A program made the position numbers and the translations under genes. A stretch of 64,000 bases of DNA, taken from NCBI RefSeq assembly GCF_006345805.1, contig NW_021836129.1, forward strand, positions 310,001-374,000, in the 5' to 3' direction. The notes beneath the pieces were generated by a model, which was not told where the DNA came from, searched no databases, and was given only the letters and a program-made list of their open reading frames with translations. The stretch's first letter is position 1; every line of letters starts with the position of its first letter. Of this stretch, positions 54,701-64,000 are shown in pieces. The stretch comes from Octopus sinensis (Eukaryota).

Positions 54701-55331
54701 AGCCCATGGATAAACAAATCATACCCTCGGGAGGACACACATTTACAAAAGGAGCCCATGAATTCATTAATTATAAAACAGCCGGAATAAAAAAAAATTC
54801 CATTTTCATGATGTTCAGCCCATGGATAAACAAATCATACCCTCGGGAGGACACACATTTACAAAAGCAGCCCATGAATTCATTAATTATAAAACAGCCG
54901 GAATAAAAAAAAAATTTCATTTTCATGATGTTCAGCCCATGAATAAACAAATCATACCCTCGGGAGGACACACATTTACAAAAGCAGCCCATGAATTCAT
55001 TAATTATAAAACAGCCGGAATAAAAAAAAATTTTCATTTTCATGATGTTCAGCCCATGGATAAACAAATCATACCCTCGGGAGGACACACATTTACAAAA
55101 GGAGCCCATGAATTCATTAATTATAAAACAGCCGGAATAAAAAAAAAATTTCATTTTCATGATGTTCAGCCCATGGATAAACAAATCATACCCTCGGGAG
55201 GACACACATTTACAAAAGCAGCCCATGAATTCATTAATTACAAAACAGCCGGAATAAAAAAAAATTTCATTTTCATGATGTTCAGCCCATGGATAAACAA
55301 ATCATACCCTCGGGAGGACACATATTTACAA
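51794..55331 (+). repeat. Tandem satellite, 116-bp monomer, ~30.5 copies
   Basis: Monomer atgttcagcccatggataaacaaatcataccctcgggaggacacacatttacaaaaggagcccatgaattcattaattataaaacagccggaataaaaaaaattttcattttcatg; variation mostly in the A/T run. Confidence 0.98.
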
Positions 55332-55581
55332 CCGTGATCTTTTCATAAAACGAATGGGTCCATTAGACGTTGACGGGGAGATTATCTCTGCCTGGCGTCG
55401 ATCGAATGCTGGGTTCACCCGTAAACGTGAACTTCTGACGATGCTAGCCTCGTTAGAGGGTCTGGCCTTCAAAAATCAGTTGCAGATGCACCAATCGTAG
55501 ATGAATCAAAATTAAGATGGTTTAAAAAATACAAAAGGTATACAAAAACGAATATGAAAATGTCAAAATAATAAAAAAGAT

Positions 55582-56959
55582 CAGAGCAACCCTGCCTTGT
55601 GCGAACGTTACCCCAATCGATGATGTCACCTTTCTCGGTGGATCCCTGTCCTACACGAAGCTCCAATCCATGCTTTCCGCCAAAGCTGAACACTTCCAAA
55701 GACTTTCTACAAATCTCTCTATCTTGTCCTCGCACACTGCCTTTTTCCTCTTGAAGAACAGCATTCACATGCCGAAACTCATTTTCACCCTCAGGAGCAA
55801 TCCCTGCTTCCTGCATATGGACCTACTCGCCGCATACGACGTAATCCTGAAAAAGACTGCCGAATCCGTCCTCAATGTACACCTCGATGGTCCTGGATGG
55901 GCCCAATGCTCGCTCCCATTGAGATTCGGAGGTGCGGGAATCCGCACTGCATCCGATGTGGCACTTCCGGCATATCTATCCTCCCTTTCGATGTGCAACA
56001 ACCTGGCCTCTGAGATCCTACTCAACTCTTTCGGATCATGCCTGGATGGTGCTTTTTCGGATGGGCTCACTACCTGGGATCGCTCCTTTTCTGAGAGGCC
56101 CGAAGATTTCTCCTCCCAACGTGCCTGGGACTCTATCGCATGCCGAGCGCGTGTGTCTGTGCTCTCGGCAACCCTTGATCAACACCGCCTGGCATGCCTT
56201 CGTGCGGCATCCGCCCCTCACTCTGGTAGCTGGCTGAATGCTCTTCCTCTCTCCAGCATCGGGACGTGGCTAGACGATGCTGCCATACGCATCGGAGTGG
56301 CTCACCGTCTCGGGCTGGATGTTTGTGCAAAACACCGCTGCAGATGCGGTGAGGTCGTTGACGAAAAGGGACTGCACCCACTTTCCTGCAAGAGGAGCGC
56401 AGGCAGGGAACACAGACACAAGGCCCTCAATGAAATCGTGAAGGCCGGTCTCGAAATGGCGGGCCATTCGTGCCTCCTCGAACCGGTCGGACTCGATCGG
56501 GGAGATGGCAAAAGGCCTGACGGGATGACAATATTCCCGTACTCGTCGGAGAAGGCCCTTGTATGGGATGTCACCGTTGTGGATACCTTTTCGAAATCGA
56601 GGATCCATTCTTCTGCGGCAAACCCTTGTTCGGCTGCAAACCACGCCGAAAAGATCAAAATACATAAATATTCTTCGCTCGCGGACCGCTACCGCGTTAC
56701 GGCAATCGCTCTGGAGACCGCTGGAGTTGCAGGAAAGGAGACTGACTCGTTCCTCAAAGAGGTCGGGCAGTCCATCGGGAGAAGGCTCAAGGACTCGAGA
56801 GAGAGCCTCTGGTTCCGCCAGCGCATCGGCCTGGCCATTGTTCGGGGCAACGCACACTGCGTCCTCGCCGCTGGAACTTAACTATTTTCGGTGTTAATTT
56901 TCCAAAAAAAAAAAAATAATTGATTGAAAAAAAAAATAAAAAAAAAAAATAAAAAAAAA
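55582..56959 (+). mobile_element. 5'-truncated CRE-clade non-LTR retrotransposon with poly(A) tail and 12-bp TSD
   Basis: Uninterrupted frame from 55583 to 56881: RT end (TFLGGSL, LPLRFGGAGIR), C-x-C...H...C knuckle, RH motif and GKRPDG...WDVTVVDT endonuclease; TSD aataaaaaagat at 55570-55581 and 56960-56971; empty site at 5266-5277. Confidence 0.93.
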
Positions 56960-58029
56960 AATAAAAAAGATTGACTTTGAAGGAATAAAATCAAAATAAA
57001 TGATACAAATGATAAAATTTCAAATTCTGAAATCAGGAAGTGAAAGTTTATAATGATTTATTCCTTACCAATCAAATTAAATAAGTATGTAGCAAAGTAC
57101 ACATAAAATACCAACAAACTATGCCAACCATGCGTATCAGTGTGTTATAATTTATTGGCCTTACCTTTAAAAATAGATTAACCATAGTGTAATAATTTTA
57201 ATAAATATGAATTTTATTTATATGTTTGAAAAGATTCTCATGTCAATTCGCTAATCTAACATTCTATTATATCGAGCTCTTTTAGTCATTCCGGCACTGG
57301 ACATGTGCAAGCCACACGAGCAGGCCGTGCAATTGATCATCCTCTTTCTTTTGTTCATCGTGTGGCATTTTCTGCAGATCTCATCTTCTCTTGCAGTTTC
57401 CTGGATGTTCTTTTCATATGTTTTTAGTGAAATTGAATCAAGGAACTTTTCAATCGAAAAACTTTGCAATTTTTTTGCAATTTTCGTTTTTTCGACATAG
57501 AATCTATTCATGACGACTCTTTATTTTGTTAGGAATTAACTGCGAGATCAACGGCTAGTGATATTTTTGATTTTTCTGGCTTTTTACGTGACAATCGTAT
57601 TCACTGGGATAAAGTTGGATCTATTTGTAGATATTAAACGTCAGCTAAATAAAACAACGTTCTAGTTTTGTCAGATTGGTGAAAGAAATAGCAATTATTC
57701 TTCCCCAATTGTATGGGGTTTACCAGAATTATCGATGAGTAAAGCAATATCATATGATGCAATAAGACCATCATACCTTTTATAATCAGCAGTAAATATA
57801 TTTGCCATTTCTGTTGATTTTTATCTTTTTGATCATATTCTGTCTCTATTGCATGTAGATAATGTTTAATAGAATGTGAAGAGAATAATCGCTCAATTAA
57901 ATATTGCACTTTGTGCGCCTCTACAATGCATTTATTTGTGAAACCTGTCTTACTATACAACTCGTTCTGTTGGGGGATTTCCCCTTCAAAAACTAAAAAA
58001 CTTAAATCCTTTCACCAAAAGCAACTGCG

Positions 58030-58373
58030 TATACTATGTGGGGTACAATGGCCCACACGGATCAACAATGGTATACTTTACTGAGAATATTCAGTGCACA
58101 TTGGAGGCCCGTTGGAGACTGTTTGAGCATGTCCTATGTATAAACCCGACGTCACCCGCAAATCTGAGTATGGAAGAATACTTTACTGCAAGTGGAAAGA
58201 AATTTCGGGGGCGTTCGCGTACTAGAGATGTTGAACGCAGACCTCAACTCAATCAACTGCAAGCTCAAAAATGGGGACAATCTGAACATAATGAAGAGTT
58301 TAGCATGCAACAGGGAAGGGTGGACAAGGATTATGAAAAAATCGTTTAAGTGCCGCACGTGTGGAAACATAAC
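58030..58373 (+). mobile_element. RTE-like LINE 3' fragment adjacent to the pogo insertion
   Basis: RWRLFEHVL...PANLSMEEYF...FRGRSRT...ACNREGW. Confidence 0.6.
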
Positions 58374-58375
58374 TA

Positions 58376-60120
58376 CAGTCCGACCCCCAAATGGGGCACC
58401 AAGTGCCCCAAAATGCGGGGGTGCCCCAAAAACAGGGGTTTGTTATTTTTTTAAAAATTAAACCATTAATAAACATCAAAAAACATTTTTACTAAAATAT
58501 TCAGTTATTTTCTTTTTATTTGTAGAGTTTTGTCTGATATTGTTCGTCAATTTCAGCCGAAAATCAAAAAAATCTCGGAGCATACTTGGTGCAACATTAG
58601 AAATTTTTTCTTCTAAATTGTTAAGCAGATCTTTTGTTTTTGCTACGACATTTTCACTATTTTCGGTTTCTGAATATGTATCATAAACATTATTGTTCAT
58701 GTCTTCGCATTCTCCATCAATTGTTTCGTTAACAACTTGATCTAAATGTTCATCTGTTAGACAGTTTTTTGTTGCATAAGAATCACGGTTCCTGTCGATT
58801 TTCTTCCAACAATTAACAATACTTTTAGCATCTATTTTCTCCCATCCTTTTGAAATTAGCATCATAACCTGACGCAAATTTAATTTACCAATAGAATGTG
58901 TAAAATCGTTTTCGAAATCTTGAAAACATAAAAATTCCATTAAGAAAGAGGAATAATAATCTTTAAAAATCTTGATTATTCCCATATCCAAAGGTTGTAA
59001 ATAGGGCGTTGTATTTTTCGGCAAAAATAAAAATTCGATGTTCGAACATTCGGCAGTTTTATGGCATCCCGCATTGTCAAGTATTAATAATATTTTTCTG
59101 TTGTTTTTGCAAAACGATTCATTTATAAGTGTAAGCCAACTCATAAAAGTCTTTCCAGTCATCCATGCATTTTGAGAAGATGAATACAATAACCCAAAAT
59201 CTTGAACATCAAAATTTTTTAGACACCGAGGTTTTTTATATTTTCCAATAATCAATGGATTAAGTTTTTCCCCGATTAAACTGCAGCATAGAAGAACAGT
59301 GAGTCTTTCTTTCCCTTGTTTATAACCAAAACACGGTTCGCCTTGTTCAACAAATGATTTTTGAGGAGTTCTTTTTATAAAAAGCGCAGTTTCATCACAA
59401 TTAAATATATTCTCAGGTCCATATTTTAATACTTTCTGGTCATATTTTTCAAAATAATTTTTCACATAAGATAAATCACATGAAGCTTTTTCACCACATA
59501 TTGACTTGAATTGAAGTTCATGCCGCAATTTAAATCTATCAAGCCACCCATTGGAAGCTTTAAAAGAAGTAAATCCAATTTTTGAAGCTGTAACTAAGGC
59601 AATTTTTTTCAAAATAGGGCCTGAAATCGGAATTTTATCTACGCGTAGTCTTTGAAATATTTCAAAGACTTGATCATCAAATTTATCTTTATCGGCTTTA
59701 AATGTGTCATATTCCTCAGAAATAGTATTGCCGTGTTGCAAGAAAGGTACAATATTTCGTTTTATTCTTGATATTGTTCCTTTACTTGTGTTGTACTTTT
59801 TCATTAGTTGCCTCTCAGATAAATTTTTCTTCAAAATTTCTTTAGCAATCTTCAATTTAGTTTCGTAATCCATAACCACAACAATAAAAATATAAATTGA
59901 AAATAAAACAAAAAATAATTAATTTATTATAATTTTATTTTATTTTTAATTCCTTATAAATGATTTTATGGTGCCCCAAAAATTCCATAATTTTTTTATC
60001 GATTTTTATTTTTTTTCTGCCAAAATGTACTTTTGGAATAAAGTGCCCCAAATTGCGGGGGTGCCCCAAAATCCGAGGGTGCCCCACCCCTGGGGTCTGC
60101 CCCATTTTGGGGTCGGACTG
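58376..60120 (-). mobile_element. Intact pogo/Tigger DNA transposon
   Basis: 23-bp TIRs (cagtccgacc(c/-)caaa(a)tggggca, one difference), TA on both sides, subterminal gtgccccaaa repeats, full transposase ORF. Confidence 0.95.
58476..59879 (-). CDS. pogo/Tigger transposase, 467 aa (CENP-B HTH plus DDE_1; DD29D)
   Basis: ASNGWLDRFKLRH, NCDETALF, KERLTVLLCC, LILDNAGCH, LQPLDMGII; 29 residues between the second and third Asp. Confidence 0.95.
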   Translation of the reverse strand: MVMDYETKLKIAKEILKKNLSERQLMKKYNTSKGTISRIKRNIVPFLQHGNTISEEYDTFKADKDKFDDQVFEIFQRLRVDKIPISGPILKKIALVTASKIGFTSFKASNGWLDRFKLRHELQFKSICGEKASCDLSYVKNYFEKYDQKVLKYGPENIFNCDETALFIKRTPQKSFVEQGEPCFGYKQGKERLTVLLCCSLIGEKLNPLIIGKYKKPRCLKNFDVQDFGLLYSSSQNAWMTGKTFMSWLTLINESFCKNNRKILLILDNAGCHKTAECSNIEFLFLPKNTTPYLQPLDMGIIKIFKDYYSSFLMEFLCFQDFENDFTHSIGKLNLRQVMMLISKGWEKIDAKSIVNCWKKIDRNRDSYATKNCLTDEHLDQVVNETIDGECEDMNNNVYDTYSETENSENVVAKTKDLLNNLEEKISNVAPSMLRDFFDFRLKLTNNIRQNSTNKKKITEYFSKNVF

Positions 60121-60578
60121 TAGTATGTTCTACGGCAGTTGCAATTAATAATAATACATAAACCAATGAATGCACATTTTCAACAAGTAAAAGAACAGGA
60201 ATCAACTGATTGTTATTTCTTCTGTATAGTTCTAGTTTTTTCAACCTGAGACATGAGACAGTCACACTATAGTGATTTATTTATTAAATAATAGTTATTT
60301 TGGTAACAGGAGAATTGCAGTGGCAATGATTACATATTCCATCAGTTGAAAAGACATAAGGCGATTCGTCCACGCCTGTTATAAGGAAACATTTCTTAGC
60401 TTTCATGTGGGAATATGCAAACAAACTTAAAACAATTTTAGAACTAAATTATTTCCCCATAAATGAAAAGAAATATATCATTCTGTGTTAATTAAACTAA
60501 TCTCTACAAATTATTAAAATTATTAATTAATAATAAATAAATAATAAATATAACCACAAATAGTGAACACAACCCACA

Positions 60579-61946
60579 ATGAAGGACGACGCGGACAGTG
60601 CCCTCAACAAGTTCTCAGTTGGGCCACGCTACGTGGACGTGAGGCTAATAGGGCGAGGAGCCTACGGAGTGGTGGTGTTGGTAGAATAGTGAGTAATCCC
60701 AGTTCTGCCCTGGACACCCTCACAAACGAGCAGGTGGCAATAAAGAAGATCAGTCCTTTCCAACACAGAGTGTTCTGTCAACGGACATTGAGGGAAATCA
60801 AGATCCTCAAACGACTGAGGCACAGAAACGTGTGTGGGTTGTTATATTGCTAGATTATTCGAATGTTGGACATTATCAGACCCCACAACAGCCACCACTT
60901 TAGCATGTCATTCACATTTCTCATTTCTTTAGATATATTGTTCAGGAATTGATGGAAATTGACTTAAGTAAGCTGATTAAGTCAAACAAACTTAATCCTG
61001 ATCATATTAAATACTTTCTTTATCAAATTTTGTGTGGATTGAAATATATTCATTCGCAAATGTCATCCACAGGGATTTAAAGCCATCAAACATTATTATT
61101 AACTCAGATTGTGAACTCAAGGTACTACACCACATCGTCTTTGTAAATTAAATATTTTATTTACATTTAAATTATTATTAAATATGTGTTATTAATTTAA
61201 TAGATATGTGATTTTGGACTTTCTCGAGTGGCCAGTCCGGATAAGGACTATTCGGGGTCTCTCACTGAATATGTGGCCACCCGTTGGTACAGAGCCCCTG
61301 AAATCATGCTAAACTCCCGGACATATTCCAAATCAAGTATATACTATTATATACTATTAAAGTCGACTTGTGGTCCGTCGGGTGTATATTTGCAGAGATG
61401 TTGATAGGCCGGGCACTCTTCCCTGGTCGTGACTGTACTGCTGGTTGTGTCATTGTAGATCTCGACCAGCTGAGTCTCATTTTTAAAGTCATTGGGACTC
61501 CTACTGTCGACGAACTGAGCTATATTGGAAATAAAATGGTTTATTTATTTAAATTAATTATAATAAAACATATTTATTTAATTAATGATAATAGGCTAAA
61601 AAATTTGTACTAAATCTCCCGCCATACCCACGTGTTGTGTTTGGAGAATATTTCATGTTGGAGGACGAGGAGGGTATTTCTTAATGTTTACTGGAGGGGT
61701 TGAAATGTTGCGTAATCTCCTCCTCTTTAACCCAGATGAACGAATTAAGGTCGGGGAGGCTCTGTCTCTTCCCTATCTGTCATTTTATCACGACGAGACG
61801 TTGGAGGTTGTATATTCTGGTCAATTTAGCCTGTGGCTGACAGTCCCTTCACTTTTGATACTGACCCTGACATTATGGATAGGCACGAACTGAAAAGAAT
61901 GCTTTATGAGGAAGCCCTTAATTTTCCGAATATTAGAGCAGATTAA
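60579..61946 (+). CDS. MAPK1: ERK1/2-type MAP kinase (spliced)
   Basis: [61 protein letters not shown] (TEY loop). Confidence 0.95.
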
Positions 61947-62045
61947 ATTTAATTTAATAAAATTATAAATTAATTATAAAATAAATACTTAATTGGTAAA
62001 GCAATTAAGGAATAGATATGAATTTCCAAATAAGATTATAATAAA

Positions 62046-63381
62046 ATGAGTGTTTCAGTGGTGTGTGACAATGGAACTGGGGTATAGAATGATATATATA
62101 AAAGTATGTAAAATGTGGGTACAACACGGAGAACATCCCTCGACACGTATTCCCAGCAGTAGTAGGATTCCCAGTAATCCGAGCAGACGTGAAGCAGGAC
62201 AGTAGAGTGCGAATAAAAGTAAGAGTGTGTGTGAGTGAAGGACGTGATGGTGGGGTGGGAGGCAGCGGACAACCGTGCATACCTGTCTCTGAAGTACCCA
62301 ATGGAGAACGGGATAATCCGTGACTGGGAGTGCATGACCCACCTGTATGACTACACATTCGGAGTGGACTGCCTCAACCTGGAGTGCAAGGACACACGGA
62401 TAATGCTGACGGAACCCCCCAGCAACCCCCTGAAGAACAGAGAGAAGATGGCGGAGGTACTCCCCGCTGACCACCCCAGCTCATGTTCGACAAGTACAAC
62501 TTCCACAGTATATATGTGGCCATTCAGGCAGTGCTCACTTTGTACGCGCAGGGTAAGGAGGTGTGTGATTGCAGGACTGTTTACTGGGATTGTGTTGGAC
62601 GCAGGTGATGGAGTGAGTCACGTCTGTCCTGTCTATGAAGGGTGTTCTATTCCCAGTGCCATTATGAGACTCAACCTGGCTGGGAGGGATGTCAGTTCTC
62701 GTCTCCTCAAGGTTGGGGGGTCCCCTCACTCTAGCTCGTCCAACTCAGAGGATACAACCTCAACAGTCATGCCGACTTGCAGACTGTTGGAGAAATGAAG
62801 GAACAGTTGTGCTACGTCGCCTATGACATTGCCAAAGAACAGAAACTGGCCACCGACACTACTTTTGTCAGAGATAGCTACACGGTTGGCCTCTCTCCTC
62901 ACTCACAGTTGCCTGATGGAAGGACTATCTCCATCGAGGAGGAACGCTTTATGGCTCCTGAGATCCTCTTCCATCCTCAACTCGTCGATATTGAACAGGG
63001 CGGAGTCCATTCCTTATGCTTCCAGTCCATCAATGTACAGAATGTTCTCGAATGTTCTAGAAATGTGACATCGACGTCAGGACCAGTCTTCTTAAGGAAA
63101 TCAACCTATCCGGAGGCACTACCATGCTCCCCGGATTCCCCTCTCGCCTAGAAAGGGAAATTAAACGTCTCCACTCTGAGAAAGTGGGCACTGCCAATGT
63201 TGAGTTGTCTTGTCATTGGCAGAAGACCCCCATTAACATTAAGGACCCCCCTTATAGGAAGAACTTGGTCTTCCAGGGGGCCGCAGTCCTGGCCGGGGTC
63301 ATTCAGAACAATGACTCCGCCTGGGTCACCCAACAGGAGTATAGAGAGCAGGGAGTCAGGTGTATGGCTAAACTTAAATAA
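62046..63381 (+). CDS. ACTR2: Actin-related protein 2 (spliced)
   Basis: VVCDNGTG|[42 protein letters not shown]|[36 protein letters not shown]. Confidence 0.95.
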
Positions 63382-63429
63382 GATTAATTTAATTTAAATC
63401 AGGAATATTTTAATTGGTTTTAATATAAT

Positions 63430-64000
63430 AAAATAATTAAATATTCTGGTGATGTTAGACGAGTCTTTTACTATTGGTGAACAGGCCAGCAGAACGCACT
63501 AGCATCCATCAAAAACCTGTTTCAAGTACAACTAGTGAGTCATGTCACAGGACCCCAAACAATTAGACCGACTGGACCAAATAAAACTAAGAAATTCACA
63601 AAATCTTGTATTTATATAAATAATGCAGAAAAATGCGGAATCAAACCTAAGAAAGTTTATTGAATGTTATGTCAGTGATATTCGAACTGCCATTGATTTG
63701 TTAGAGACATCAAAGTCCAGTTATAACCAAGTCCTCGACTGGTTGTCCTCCCTTCCCTAAAGACCAGCATGAACTCCATTGGGGAACAAGTCAAGGATTC
63801 TGTCCTCACATCCCCCGCCTTTGATAAACTTGCCCAGGAGAACATTGAGTATGAAAAGGTCACTTTTCGCCACAACGACCTCCTAGTTAAAGTCAGCACT
63901 GTCCAATGCAGAAATCATCAACAAGGCCTCCTCCATGTTTGAAAATGCCCGCCAATTTATTAAAGCAGAGAACTTTCTGAGCGCACACGCAATGTAATTA
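63430..64000 (-). CDS. 3' part of an unidentified gene converging on ARP2 (continues beyond the window)
   Basis: Gene-like GC content and open stretches on the minus strand (EVVVAKSDLFILNVLLGKFIKGG); no family confidently recognised. Confidence 0.35.

Larger units (their letters stand above)
47436..57420 (+). repeat. Segmental duplication copy B (carries the satellite and CRE insertion absent from copy A)
   Basis: Colinear with 1-5715, plus an extra ~3.5-kb array and 1.4-kb element. Confidence 0.9.

Noticed and set aside
51794-55331. CRISPR array or repeat-protein gene (many MDKQIIPSGG... ORFs)
   Set aside because: Monomers are contiguous with no unique spacers and no cas genes, and the context is eukaryotic. 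The 116-bp unit is not a multiple of 3, and A-run indels shift frames at random.
51794-55331. Spliced-leader RNA or 5S rRNA gene array (minus strand has GAGG|GTATGA and the size is similar)
   Set aside because: No RAU4-6GR Sm site and no 5S similarity, no spacer or promoter between units, and the paralogous locus lacks the array. A leader search in mRNA 5' ends would be decisive.
57251-57511. PHD-finger gene (ICRKC...INCTAC...H)
   Set aside because: Ligands are incomplete, it differs by indels from the copy at ~5590-5700, and there is no gene context; likely a transposon relic.
19704-61100. Programmed frameshifting or pseudogenisation of OSTC, PPIG, IMPDH and ERK
   Set aside because: The single-base shifts fall mostly in or near short runs in otherwise well-conserved genes. 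The duplicated segments show similar homopolymer differences, so consensus error is the simpler explanation; polishing with short reads would test this.
1-64000. Prokaryotic or microsporidian origin, or an alternative genetic code
   Set aside because: Dense spliceosomal introns with ARP2, ERK, PHTF and IRP1 argue for an animal-like eukaryote. Spliced genes translate cleanly with the standard code and end in TAA, TAG or TGA.

Overview
AT-rich eukaryotic (non-prokaryotic) DNA. Compact, more GC-rich genes are interrupted by extremely short spliceosomal introns (mostly 22-27 nt), which is why the ORF track shows only fragments. Manual splicing recovers PPIG-like cyclophilin, OSTC/DC2, eIF4E, a probable URB2, AP-1 mu, IMPDH, a highly diverged ACO1/IRP1, PHTF, ERK-type MAPK and ARP2. 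Several introns sit where I recall them in human orthologues, pointing to a miniaturised animal parasite (dicyemid or myxozoan are candidates; not determinable here). Gene islands are separated by transposon debris (IS630/Tc1, hAT, R4-like, RTE, Jockey-like, CRE, integrase), one intact pogo/Tigger element, a 116-bp satellite (~30 copies) and two internal duplications (1-5.7 kb vs 47.4-57.4 kb; 26.9-30.7 kb vs 32.1-35.7 kb). Most notable: an IRP1/aconitase that has lost its catalytic and Fe-S motifs but keeps RNA-pocket residues; the micro-intron system with stop-free 3n introns and an RS-less SR-cyclophilin; and paired empty/filled sites for a CRE insertion and a satellite expansion. Single-base frameshifts in conserved genes look like consensus errors. 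All alignments were done by eye and from memory of the families, so residue numbering needs checking.
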